The notes under the pieces: generated by a model
The model's database searches: none
What the model was told of the DNA's origin: nothing
What the model saw: only the letters and a program-made list of their open reading frames with translations
From: a virus
Direction: 5' to 3' (one strand)
DNA: 55,636 nt
Virus record (IMG/VR): IMGVR_UViG_3300029705_000156
Shown here: positions 6,787 to 16,332 of the stretch, one piece after another
How positions within the stretch are numbered: the first letter of the stretch is position 1
Layout: each line of letters starts with the position of its first letter
Program-made: the position numbers and the translations under genes

Positions 6787-7014
6787 GTGAGGATGGAAAA
6801 TAAACAATATTACAAGGCATCGAATATAAGGGAAAGAATAAGACAGATTGAAATTTTGTTAAGACGGATTGAAACAAACAGTTATGACAAATTAGGAATT
6901 TCTATTATAGGCATTTCGGCAGATTACTCGATAAACAAAGAAATGAAACCTGTCTTATCTGCTATGTTAAAAGCGGAAAAAGAACAGCTTGAAAAAGAAT
7001 TTGAAAGCTTGTAG
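6787..7014 (+). CDS. Hypothetical protein
   Basis: 75-aa track ORF with a GTG start after AAAGG. Confidence 0.45.
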   Translation: MRMENKQYYKASNIRERIRQIEILLRRIETNSYDKLGISIIGISADYSINKEMKPVLSAMLKAEKEQLEKEFESL

Positions 7015-7030
7015 TAAGGAGTGAAAATTT

Positions 7031-7171
7031 ATGACCGATAAGCAAATCGAAATGGAACTTTTTAAGAAACTTGATAAAATTTCAAAAGAAATCGCCAAAG
7101 GCAACGATGTTTACATCACGAAGTCAGCAAGCGAAATTAAAGTTAAGTCAATGAATGTTAGGAGTATGTGA
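7031..7171 (+). CDS. Small hypothetical protein (46 aa)
   Basis: ATG after AAGGAGTGA. Below the track cutoff. Confidence 0.4.
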   Translation: MTDKQIEMELFKKLDKISKEIAKGNDVYITKSASEIKVKSMNVRSM

Positions 7172-7175
7172 AATT

Positions 7176-7310
7176 ATGTTTAATTGGTTTGTAAGAATAC
7201 TGTTTGGCGTTATGCTATTTGTAAGTGGCGATATAACTTGGGGGATTATTATGATTTTGTGGGAAATTTGGGACGAGTTAATCAAAATCAGAAAAGAATT
7301 AAGAAAATGA
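7176..7310 (+). CDS. Small membrane protein (44 aa)
   Basis: MFNWFVRILFGVMLFVSGDITWGIIMILW... RBS AGGAG. Confidence 0.4.
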   Translation: MFNWFVRILFGVMLFVSGDITWGIIMILWEIWDELIKIRKELRK

Positions 7311-7331
7311 CGGTTGGGAAAGTGTGAGAGT

Positions 7332-7592
7332 ATGCTACATAAATTCAAAACAAATACACTTGATACATTGCGTGAAGAAGTTTTTATTGATGGAGAGAGA
7401 ATAAGATGTAGTGACTATGTTTTAAGTCATTCTGTTGGAGAAGTTGCAACACTTGATATTTCTTTGGCAGTAGAAACGGATATAGTATCAGAATGCGAAG
7501 TAAGAATAAAAAACAAAGAGCAATTTGCAAGACTTATGAATAAATCGGAGTTTGAAAAGTTTTGTGAAATTTGGAAAAAATTAAACGAATAA
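7332..7592 (+). CDS. Hypothetical protein
   Basis: Track ORF 7314-7592. ATG at 7332 after GAGAG. Confidence 0.45.
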   Translation: MLHKFKTNTLDTLREEVFIDGERIRCSDYVLSHSVGEVATLDISLAVETDIVSECEVRIKNKEQFARLMNKSEFEKFCEIWKKLNE

Positions 7593-7676
7593 ATAATAAG
7601 GCATACGCAAGTAGGTGTATGTATCAGTGAAGTAGCACTTTTATTTTTGTATTACAGAAATGAGGTGCTATTTTTT

Positions 7677-9446
7677 ATGGCTTCAATCGAGTTGCAAAAT
7701 GCGATAAATGGGTATGAGAACTATATAGAGCGACACGGAATTACGGAAGAAGTGGTAGAAGCGTATGTAGGTGCTTCAAAAGTTGCCTTGGTTACGGAAA
7801 AAGACGCAGAATTTGGCTTAAAAATATCAAAAAAAGCAAAAAATTTATTAAGTGATTATGTTTTAAAGGCAACAAACGGATATACGGTAGATGATTTGGA
7901 AATATTAGCGTTTGAAAATGACACGACATACAAACCATTGCTGTATTATTATGACATTTTAGAAGCGGAATCCGCTTATTTAGTAGATAGTTTTTTTAGT
8001 TACATCGAAATTGATGAAAAAGACCCTTACAAGCGGTTTTATTTCCCAAGAAAACAAGTTTTAAAGCCAGTAATGCAAGCCTATCAAGAAATTTATGATG
8101 GAGAATTGGACTTTTTATCAGTTTCTCAACCAAAAAGAACAGGAAAAACCACTGGTGGATTGCGATTAGCGCAAATGATGGGCGGAAGAGAGCCGGACGG
8201 AAGTATTTTTGCAGTCGGTAAGGGCGAAGGACTTGTTAAGCGTTTCTATGGTGGGTTACTACAATCATTTGAGACAAAAGTAATCTATGAAAGGTTTTTA
8301 AAAGTATTCCCGGAAGCGAAAAAAATAGGAGAAAAAGACTATAAGAGTGCAGAAAACCTATCTATTGATTTAAAAAGCAAAAATACATTTCCCACTTTTA
8401 CTTGCAGACCGATTGACGGTGCAATTGTAGGTTGTACGGAAGCAAATGTGCTTGTTTACATTGATGACTGCGTAAAAAACCACGAAGAAGCAAGAAATAG
8501 AGAAAGATTAGAGTTTCTTTGCGAAAAGGTTACGGACGATGTCCTTGGTAGAAGATTAGAGGGTACACCCATTATTATCCAAGGAACAAAATACAGTTTA
8601 TATGACCCAATTACCGCTTTACAACAAAAGGCTGATGAACTGGAATGGCGTTGGAAAGAAGTGGCAGTTCCTGCGTTGGATCCGATTACGGATGAAAGCA
8701 ATTGGGAGATTTACAGAAAAGACAACAAAGGCTTAAGAAAAATATTTACAACAGACTATTACCGCAAAGAAAGAAAACTTGTTTCTGAAGAAACTTGGGC
8801 GGCTGAATTTCAGCAAGAACCTTACGAAGCAAAAGGGCGAATGTTTTCCGAAAAAGAACTTAACTACTTTGAGGAGTTGCCTATTGACAGAGAGCCGGAC
8901 GCAATTATGGCTGCGTGCGATAGTGCTGACAAGGGAGAAGATAGTTGTTCAATGCCTATTGGATATGTTTACGGAAATGAAGTTTACATTGTCGATGTGG
9001 TATTTGACAATGCCGGAACACAGTTTACAAAGCCTGAATGCGCAAATATGTTGATTAAACACAATGTAAAGACCGTTACATTTGAAAGCAATAGTGCCGG
9101 AGAATATTTCGGAAGAGATGTTATGCAACTTGTATCGGAACAAGGCGGAAGATGTAGTGCTAGATACAAATATAACTGTTCAAACAAAATCACAAGAATG
9201 GAAAATGCAAGAGATAATATTATCCGTGATTATTATTTCAAAGACTTCCGCAAAATGGATAGAAGTAGTCAGTATTACAAGTTTATGAAAGAACTTACCA
9301 CAATGACACGAAGCGGAAAAGTGAAACATGATGACGCGCCCGATTCACTTGCTTTGTTTGAAAATGAAATGAGAAGCGGAACAGTAGCGAAAGTCGAAGC
9401 AATCGCAAATCCGTTCAGAGGGGGATATGGTGGATATGGTTTCTAA
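7677..9446 (+). CDS. terL: Terminase large subunit
   Basis: Walker A-like QPKRTGKT, Walker B-like VLVYIDD, and a C-terminal nuclease-like region. Position is upstream of portal. RBS GAGGTG. Confidence 0.8.
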   Translation: MASIELQNAINGYENYIERHGITEEVVEAYVGASKVALVTEKDAEFGLKISKKAKNLLSDYVLKATNGYTVDDLEILAFENDTTYKPLLYYYDILEAESAYLVDSFFSYIEIDEKDPYKRFYFPRKQVLKPVMQAYQEIYDGELDFLSVSQPKRTGKTTGGLRLAQMMGGREPDGSIFAVGKGEGLVKRFYGGLLQSFETKVIYERFLKVFPEAKKIGEKDYKSAENLSIDLKSKNTFPTFTCRPIDGAIVGCTEANVLVYIDDCVKNHEEARNRERLEFLCEKVTDDVLGRRLEGTPIIIQGTKYSLYDPITALQQKADELEWRWKEVAVPALDPITDESNWEIYRKDNKGLRKIFTTDYYRKERKLVSEETWAAEFQQEPYEAKGRMFSEKELNYFEELPIDREPDAIMAACDSADKGEDSCSMPIGYVYGNEVYIVDVVFDNAGTQFTKPECANMLIKHNVKTVTFESNSAGEYFGRDVMQLVSEQGGRCSARYKYNCSNKITRMENARDNIIRDYYFKDFRKMDRSSQYYKFMKELTTMTRSGKVKHDDAPDSLALFENEMRSGTVAKVEAIANPFRGGYGGYGF

Positions 9447-9867
9447 AGAAATTTTAATTCAATATGCAGATTTGCAACAAGAAGTAAAGGAAATACGGCA
9501 GAAAATAGAAAAACTGGAAAATCAAATTGCTAAAATTGAAGAGCAAGGGGCGGTAAAAGACAAGGTAAGGGGCGGAATTGGCGGTTTGCAATCATTTCAA
9601 ATCGAAGGCTTCCCATATCCCGAATATTCAAGAAAGAAAACGCTATTATACGCAAGGCAAGCGACTTTATCGGAGTTAGAAATGCAACTTTTAGAAACAC
9701 TTAACAAAGTTGAAGAGTTTATTAGCGGTATTTCCGATAGTCACACACGGAGAATTGTAAATTTAAGGGTTATCGAACAGCTATCTTGGAATAAAGTAGC
9801 GGATAAAATGGGCGGAAACAACACAGAAGATAGTGTGAGAAAGGCTTTTGACAGATTTTTAGAATAA
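9427..9867 (+). CDS. Sigma-70 region-4-like HTH protein with N-terminal coiled coil
   Basis: C-terminal RRIVNLRVIEQLSWNKVADKMG...SVRKAFDRF resembles region 4 / ArpU-RinA-type activators. Confidence 0.45.
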   Translation: MVDMVSKEILIQYADLQQEVKEIRQKIEKLENQIAKIEEQGAVKDKVRGGIGGLQSFQIEGFPYPEYSRKKTLLYARQATLSELEMQLLETLNKVEEFISGISDSHTRRIVNLRVIEQLSWNKVADKMGGNNTEDSVRKAFDRFLE

Positions 9868-10034
9868 TTTTTAAAAGTTGTCCGATATGTCACAAAAAAA
9901 TTTAGTAATATTAAGGTGGAAAACGAGCATACAAGAAAAGTTCAATCATTTTTCACATAATAATTCACTCCTTTAGCAGAAAGGCATTGTCAATACGGCG
10001 GTGCCTTTTTGTTTTGTGTAAAAGAGGTATCACA

Positions 10035-10232
10035 ATGGCGGAAAGAGAAGAAAAAACAATATATTGTCCAAAATGTAACCGCAAGGCATTCACAATTTAT
10101 GTTGGTGCAGGAATGGTTATGAAACATAAATGCGGTAAATGCAATCAGTTAGTGGTTTACAATCCACGATACGGAGTTCGGTTAAAACCGCTTGAAGAAA
10201 GAAACACAAGTAGCGGAATGATTTTTTATTAG
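10035..10232 (+). CDS. Zinc-ribbon protein (Mu Com-like architecture)
   Basis: CPKCN...HKCGKCN. The ATG at 10035 follows AAAGAGG. A terminator at about 9980-10015 excludes the longer track start. Confidence 0.4.
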   Translation: MAEREEKTIYCPKCNRKAFTIYVGAGMVMKHKCGKCNQLVVYNPRYGVRLKPLEERNTSSGMIFY

Positions 10233-10246
10233 ATTGAGGTGTAATT

Positions 10247-10513
10247 ATGGCAGTAGTATTTGACGGACAAACTTATGAAAACGAGAGTGAAATTCCTGAT
10301 ATGGGAAGCATTCAGTGTGTAGAAGTTCGTGGAAATCAGAGAGATTATCAAGGATTTGTGCAGGACAGTCAAAAACTGCCGAAGTATGATGACCTTGCAA
10401 CGGGAAGTAGTGCGATATTGATTGACCCGAATGGAGTAGAAAGTACGATTATCGGAAAATATGACGCACCTACAAAACAGTGGTTGAATATGAAAGGCGG
10501 TGTAATCGTATGA
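10247..10513 (+). CDS. Hypothetical protein
   Basis: 88-aa track ORF with RBS GAGGTG. Confidence 0.5.
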   Translation: MAVVFDGQTYENESEIPDMGSIQCVEVRGNQRDYQGFVQDSQKLPKYDDLATGSSAILIDPNGVESTIIGKYDAPTKQWLNMKGGVIV

Positions 10514-12936
10514 GTTTAAAAGGTGAAGAGGCTTTAATACTTGGGATGGACTACACCGAAGAATCATTGTTGGGTGCAGGAGCCTTAAAAGGTCAAGACG
10601 GACAAGATGGTGTATCGCCTATTATTTCCGTAAACACAAGTACAGCAGATACATACAAACTTGACATTACGGACAAAAACGGAACGATTACCACACCAAA
10701 TCTTGTTGGAAAACAAGGGGAGCGTGGAGAAGTTGGCGAAACCGGAGCAGACGGAGAAACACCGACAATTACCGAGAACGCAGATAATACCGAAGAAGTT
10801 TATAAATTAGACTTTACTACAAAGAATGGTACATTTACCACAAAGAATATTAAGGGAAAGCAAGGACTCGAAGGAGTTAGCCCGACAGTTACTACTAACC
10901 CCGATAACACAACGGAAGATTACCGACTTAACATTACAACCAAGGGCGGTAGTTTTACAACTCCTAATCTTAAAGGTCCGCAGGGTGAGCGCGGTCCTAT
11001 TGGTGAAAGTGCCGTAAGTGCAATTAACCCAAGAGGAGATTATGATGTAAACGCAGAACCTAGTTACACAAAGAGCGATTACATTACATATACAGACGGA
11101 AATACTTATGTTTGTAAACTTGATAACCCTACAAACGAGCCACCGATTGACGGAACAGTAACAGATACTTATTGGCAAGTAATAGCATTTAGGGGTGCAC
11201 AAGGTATCGCAGGTAGAGATGGCGAGAAAGGTGCAGACGGAGTAACCTTTACACCGAGTATTGATGCAAACGGAGTATTGTCGTTTACAAACAATGGTGG
11301 TTTGGAAAATCCCGAACCTATTGATATTAAGGGCGATAACGGTGTGACATTTACACCTAGCATAGATGCAGAAGGATATTTGAGTTTTACCAACAATGGC
11401 AATCTTGAAAATCCCGAACCGATTAAGGTATTAGGACAAGATGGTGCAGACGGTAAAGACGGAATAGATGGTACAACATACATACCTAGCATTGGCACAG
11501 TAACAACAGTTGAAAGTAATGCCGATGCAAGTGCAGGAGTAACAGTTGACGAAGAAACCAAAGAAGCGGTATTCCATTTTGAAATTCCAAAAGGAGAAGA
11601 TGGATTTAGCCCTATCGTTGAAACTGTTGAAAGTGAAAACGGACACACAGTAAACATTGCAGATGTTGAGGGTGTGAAATCGTTTGAAGTGCTTAACGGC
11701 AAAGACGGAGTACAGATTGATGATGAAACTGCAAGCACCGACACAGTTTGGAGCAGTCAGAAAACGAGTGACGAGTTAGCGAAGAAATTAACAAAAAATT
11801 ACGCATCACTTACGGATGCAAATATTGTTATGGATAGTGGAAATGGTTTCCATATATATCGTGTTGGGTATGGTTGTTTAAATACACCAGTAAATCGTAT
11901 TGGTATAATTATTAGTAACAACTATTATGATAATGCACAATATATACGAATTACACAAACTTATATGACCAATGATGATGACACAGCAAATGGTTTAACC
12001 TATATGCGTTACGGAATGTCTAATAATAATGGAAGTACTTATACATGGAGTGATTGGAGACAGATTGGTTGTTTAAACGACACCAAATCTTCAGCAACAA
12101 GCACGTACTCATCATCTAAGATTGATGAGAAATATGGTGCATACACATTCGGTACAGCAGGTGCTACACAGTGGCTTAAATTGACATTAGGTAATTCTTC
12201 AAAATTCCAACCTATTGTAATTTCAGACCAATATGGAGGAAAAGTTGAGATTACTGGTATGGCTGATGATGGAACATACAAATCTGTTAAATTGGTTAGA
12301 TATAGTTATGGTGATTGGACTACATATAGTGCGACAGATTATACTGTGCATGATGGAGTTGACCCTAATTATAAGATTCAACGCTTTTATTATTATCCTA
12401 CTGATGGTTATTATTATCTTGAAATTAGACAGTGGACAACTCTTAAAGTCGAGGGAAATAGTACTGCGGAACTGGTTACAAGTTTACCTGCTGAAAAAAG
12501 TGAAATGACTTTAATTCCTGAGAGTAATTGGGGAAGCATCAACGATTCTTCAACTTCCACAACTTCAACTTGGAGCAGTAATAAGATTGCTCAACAGGAC
12601 GGAGTTAAACAAGTATTCTATGCTTCTTCAACATCATATCCATCAATATTTTGGGTTTTATCAGATGCAACAACTGGCGTATTCTGGTTTAAGCATACAT
12701 TATCCGATAGTTCTGGTGTAAAATCAGTTGAAGGATATGCTGATTTAACACATAATGTAGCAAGATTGATAAGTGGAAGCGGAAGTGATATAAATGTATC
12801 TATTGGAACAGATACAATATCTGGTAAAAAGGGTGTAAGATTAATTGTGGCTTGGGGAGATAGCTCAACTACAAGTTGTAAGATTACAGAGGCAAGACCT
12901 GTTACAGCTATTCCTACAGAAATTGTAACAAGATAG
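10510..12936 (+). CDS. Collagen-like repeat fibre protein
   Basis: Several short G-X-Y runs (GKQGERGEVGETGADGET, GPQGERGPIGES, GAQGIAGRDGEKGADG, GQDGADGKDGIDG) interleaved with tandem beta-type repeats. ATGA overlap start. Confidence 0.7.
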   Translation: MSLKGEEALILGMDYTEESLLGAGALKGQDGQDGVSPIISVNTSTADTYKLDITDKNGTITTPNLVGKQGERGEVGETGADGETPTITENADNTEEVYKLDFTTKNGTFTTKNIKGKQGLEGVSPTVTTNPDNTTEDYRLNITTKGGSFTTPNLKGPQGERGPIGESAVSAINPRGDYDVNAEPSYTKSDYITYTDGNTYVCKLDNPTNEPPIDGTVTDTYWQVIAFRGAQGIAGRDGEKGADGVTFTPSIDANGVLSFTNNGGLENPEPIDIKGDNGVTFTPSIDAEGYLSFTNNGNLENPEPIKVLGQDGADGKDGIDGTTYIPSIGTVTTVESNADASAGVTVDEETKEAVFHFEIPKGEDGFSPIVETVESENGHTVNIADVEGVKSFEVLNGKDGVQIDDETASTDTVWSSQKTSDELAKKLTKNYASLTDANIVMDSGNGFHIYRVGYGCLNTPVNRIGIIISNNYYDNAQYIRITQTYMTNDDDTANGLTYMRYGMSNNNGSTYTWSDWRQIGCLNDTKSSATSTYSSSKIDEKYGAYTFGTAGATQWLKLTLGNSSKFQPIVISDQYGGKVEITGMADDGTYKSVKLVRYSYGDWTTYSATDYTVHDGVDPNYKIQRFYYYPTDGYYYLEIRQWTTLKVEGNSTAELVTSLPAEKSEMTLIPESNWGSINDSSTSTTSTWSSNKIAQQDGVKQVFYASSTSYPSIFWVLSDATTGVFWFKHTLSDSSGVKSVEGYADLTHNVARLISGSGSDINVSIGTDTISGKKGVRLIVAWGDSSTTSCKITEARPVTAIPTEIVTR

Positions 12937-13036
12937 CATAACCCTCGTCAGTAAAATGGCAATAAAATAATAACAACAAGCCCCTTGTAGAGAAATCTAT
13001 GAGGGGTTTTACTATGTAGAAAATTGAGGTGGAAAA

Positions 13037-14476
13037 ATGGCATACAGATATGTCGGTAAAAATACTAGACCGTTTTCCGCAATTACACATAACAATTACG
13101 GAAGGACTATTATTTACACTAATCAAAATCGAATAGATGAAAACAACATTGTGCAAGAACTCAACAACGCACTTGTTTATCATACCCAAAATGCCACCGA
13201 GATTGAATATCTTGATAGGTATTATCGGGGCGACCAACCGATTTTATATCGCAAGAAAGAAGTTAGACCAGAAGTGAATAACAAGGTGGTGGAAAATATT
13301 GCCTTGTTTATCGTGGAAACAAAGACTTCTGAAATGGTTGGAGAGCCTATTCAATTTGTTCTGCGAGGTACTGACGAAAACAAGTCAAGGCAGATTGCAG
13401 AATTAAACTCAATTATGGAAAGCGAAGATAAAGCATTTTACGATATTGAGTTGTGCCGTTGGAGAAGTATTTGCGGTACGGCATATCGCTTTATCGGAAC
13501 AAACGAAACAAGCAATGAGCCACTCTTAGATGAGAGTGACTTTTTTATTTCCGTAGAAGACCCTAGAAATACTTTTGTGGTTTATCACAATAACGGCAGA
13601 CCTGCTTTTAGTTGTCAGATTAGAAAAACAACCGAGGGCAACAACCTTTACTTCTGCTATACAAAGGGAGAATGGTTTGAAATCGTTGGTGGAGAAATCG
13701 CAAACAGAGGTGTGAATGGAAATTTTGCGATTCCGGTTATTGAGTACCCGAACAATGAAAGAAGATTATCTGACATTGAATTAAGCATAACCCTAACAGA
13801 CGAAATCAATAAAATGTCTTCTGATAGAGCAAATGGCATTGAACAGTTTGTTGCTAGTTGGGTTAAGTTTATTAATGTTGATGTGGACTTAGAAACATTC
13901 CGCTCCCTCAGAAGTGAAGGCGCCCTTGTGGTTAAGTCAAACAACGGCGCTGAAAATAAGGCTGATGTTGATATTATGTCGCAAGAGTTAAACCAAACAG
14001 AAAGCCAAGTTGCCGTAAATGATTTGTTTGAAAAACTGCTTATCATTCACGGACTTGCAGACCGACAAACCAACACGGGCGGTGACACAGGTTCGGCCGT
14101 AACATTGCGTAATGGTTTTTACTCAATGGAAAAGCGGTCAGAATTGGCAGAGCCGATTTTCAAAAGAGCAGAAAGAAACGCTTTGAGAATTATCTTAAAT
14201 CGTTTGAGAATAAACAAACAGTTTACACTTGTTCCGTCTGATGTGGAAATCAAAATCAGTAGAACAAAATCTGACAATATGCAGATGAAAGCACAAGTTC
14301 TTCAAATGCTTTTGCAGAGTGGTGTTAAGTATGAAAGAGCCATAAAAACAATCGGTCTTTTTGCAGACCCCGAACAAGTTGCTTTGGAAAGCCGTAAGAG
14401 AATGGAAATGCTTTATCCAGAAGAACAGAAAGAAGAAGTAATTGTTGATGACAATAAAAAAGCAGAGCCTTTATAA
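13037..14476 (+). CDS. Portal protein (SPP1 gp6-like)
   Basis: 479 aa. YYRGDQPIL motif, with size and position typical of this portal family. Confidence 0.8.
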   Translation: MAYRYVGKNTRPFSAITHNNYGRTIIYTNQNRIDENNIVQELNNALVYHTQNATEIEYLDRYYRGDQPILYRKKEVRPEVNNKVVENIALFIVETKTSEMVGEPIQFVLRGTDENKSRQIAELNSIMESEDKAFYDIELCRWRSICGTAYRFIGTNETSNEPLLDESDFFISVEDPRNTFVVYHNNGRPAFSCQIRKTTEGNNLYFCYTKGEWFEIVGGEIANRGVNGNFAIPVIEYPNNERRLSDIELSITLTDEINKMSSDRANGIEQFVASWVKFINVDVDLETFRSLRSEGALVVKSNNGAENKADVDIMSQELNQTESQVAVNDLFEKLLIIHGLADRQTNTGGDTGSAVTLRNGFYSMEKRSELAEPIFKRAERNALRIILNRLRINKQFTLVPSDVEIKISRTKSDNMQMKAQVLQMLLQSGVKYERAIKTIGLFADPEQVALESRKRMEMLYPEEQKEEVIVDDNKKAEPL

Positions 14477-14638
14477 CTCTGCTTTTCTTGTCTTAACATA
14501 TTCGGTCAAAACAGTAACCATTAGATTATTGAAAGACCTATTATCCTTTTTGGCTAACACTTCCAAATCGGCTTTGAGTTGTTTTTCCATAAGAATTGTT
14601 GTTTTTGTCTTATGTTCGGCAATAACACCTTGTGGCAT
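14471..14638 (-). CDS. Ribbon-helix-helix protein (55 aa), antisense to the structural operon
   Basis: Hand-translated: MPQGVIAEHKTKTTILMEKQLKADLEVLAKKDNRSFNNLMVTVLTEYVKTRKAEL, a strand-helix-helix pattern of the CopG/Arc class. No clear RBS. Confidence 0.35.
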   Translation of the reverse strand: MPQGVIAEHKTKTTILMEKQLKADLEVLAKKDNRSFNNLMVTVLTEYVKTRKAEL

Positions 14639-14658
14639 ACAAACTTATTGTTTTGGAA

Positions 14659-15237
14659 ATGCAAGAACACATTGTTGGCGAAGATGTTAAGTGGAAATGC
14701 AAATGCGACTGCGGAAATGAAATAGTGACAAAAGGTGCTTATCTGAGAAGTGGTAAAAAAACACATTGTGGTTGCGACAAGCCTTTTAGTTATAGACTTA
14801 CATATCCTAGATTACATTGTATATGGTCTGGAATGAAAAACAGATGCAATTCTTCAAATTACGATAGATATAAAGACTATGGCGGTAGAGGAATTACGGT
14901 ATGCCCCGAATGGCAAGAAAGTTTTGAAGTGTTTTGCAAATGGGCATTGGAAAATGGATATGCCGACAACTTAACACTTGACCGCATAGATGTAAATGGG
15001 AATTACGAGCCTTCAAATTGTCGTTGGATAACAATGTTTGACCAAATGGGCAATACGAGAAAGAATGTATATATTACCTACAAAGGAGAAACAAAGCACT
15101 TATCTGAATGGTGTAGGGTTTTGAATTTCAAACACGCAACTATTGATTATAGGTTAAAAAATGGATATAGCGTAGAAGAAGCATTTGAAACGCCGATAGG
15201 AAAATACGAAAGAACAAACAGATATTGTAAGAAGTAA
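14659..15237 (+). CDS. Homing-endonuclease-associated DNA-binding protein (AP2/HNH_3-like, no catalytic HNH seen)
   Basis: Motifs WSGMKNRC, YKDYGGRGITVCPEW, LTLDRIDVNGNYEPSNCRW. The track start at 14632 (GTG) is also possible. Confidence 0.5.
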   Translation: MQEHIVGEDVKWKCKCDCGNEIVTKGAYLRSGKKTHCGCDKPFSYRLTYPRLHCIWSGMKNRCNSSNYDRYKDYGGRGITVCPEWQESFEVFCKWALENGYADNLTLDRIDVNGNYEPSNCRWITMFDQMGNTRKNVYITYKGETKHLSEWCRVLNFKHATIDYRLKNGYSVEEAFETPIGKYERTNRYCKK

Positions 15238-15386
15238 CAAAACAACTTAATAACTTGGCAATAGAGAGATAGTCGAAAGGCTGTCTCTTTTTATTTGCAT
15301 AAATCAAATTTGCACCTATGCGTCAAATAGGAGAACACGGAGCAGATACGACCTGCGTAAACAAAGTGTGTGTATGGAGGAAAGAA

Positions 15387-15962
15387 ATGACAAGAAAAGA
15401 AGCAGAACAGAACCTTATCGGATTTGGTATCGCAGAACCTAATGATGAACAGATTACAAACTATCTTAATCAGATTGGTGCTGAAACAAAATCTTACAAG
15501 GATAAGTTAGCAAGTGTTGGTGGCAAAGATGACCGAATTGCTGAACTTGAAAAAGAGTTAGAGAAACTGAATAAGCAGAATATGACAGAGTTAGAACTTG
15601 AACGAGCAGAAAAAGATAAGGCTTTGTCCAGTGTCGCAAATCTTGAAAAACAGATTGAGCAGATGATTACAAAGACAGAACTTGCAAAACTCGGTATTAC
15701 TGGCGAAGTCGCAGACACTTTGGTTTCTGGCAATGGAAAGTTGGATTTTGCAACACTCGGTCAGATTATTTCCGACAGAGAGAAGAACGCAGTTTCAGAG
15801 TATGAGAAGAAAGCGTTGGAAAACACTCCTAACCCTAGCGGAAGTAAGGGCAAGGAAGAACCGCAGAAAACACAAGCTGAACAAATTGCTGAAAATCTTG
15901 GCAAGGTTGCATCGGCTACAAGTAAAACAAGTGAATCCATTATTGATTCTTATAAATCTTAA
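15387..15962 (+). CDS. Scaffolding protein
   Basis: Coiled-coil, acidic, and located between portal and capsid. RBS GGAGG. Confidence 0.5.
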   Translation: MTRKEAEQNLIGFGIAEPNDEQITNYLNQIGAETKSYKDKLASVGGKDDRIAELEKELEKLNKQNMTELELERAEKDKALSSVANLEKQIEQMITKTELAKLGITGEVADTLVSGNGKLDFATLGQIISDREKNAVSEYEKKALENTPNPSGSKGKEEPQKTQAEQIAENLGKVASATSKTSESIIDSYKS

Positions 15963-15992
15963 TAATTTTTAGAAAGAAATGAGGTAAAGAAA

Positions 15993-16313
15993 ATGAATGT
16001 AAAGAACACAAACATTAACTCTACACCGGAAATCTTAAAGAGAAAACTCGGTGGCGAACTTTTAGTACCTATTACAATTACTGAATTTGAAGACGGTGTT
16101 TGCAAGGCTGGTAGTCCTATTGATGAAGACGGCGCAGTAGCAAACAGCGCAGATGCAGTAGGTATTCTTCTTTACGATGTTTACGAAGAAAACCCTAACG
16201 GTTCAATCGTTAAGGCATACGCGACAATCAATCTCGCTAACGCAGAAGCAAACAGTGGCTTGACTATTGATGATGCAGTTAAGACCGCACTTGCGAATGT
16301 GACATTTGAATAA
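15993..16313 (+). CDS. Head decoration protein (lambda gpD-like)
   Basis: 106 aa immediately upstream of the gpE-like capsid gene. An ADAVGILLYDV segment resembles the gpD AAVGILA core. Confidence 0.45.
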   Translation: MNVKNTNINSTPEILKRKLGGELLVPITITEFEDGVCKAGSPIDEDGAVANSADAVGILLYDVYEENPNGSIVKAYATINLANAEANSGLTIDDAVKTALANVTFE

Positions 16314-16332
16314 GAAAGAGAGGTACTAGATA

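Noticed and set aside
9868-10034. Minus-strand mini-ORF with a strong RBS (AAAGGAGTGAATTATTATG followed at once by TGA)
   Set aside because: The start is immediately followed by a stop codon. The region is better explained as an intergenic spacer with a plus-strand terminator (about 9980-10015).
11169-11744. 191-aa minus-strand ORF inside the collagen-like gene
   Set aside because: It is the antisense reading of G-X-Y and repeat-rich DNA. Its Ser/Pro-rich composition is typical of a shadow ORF.
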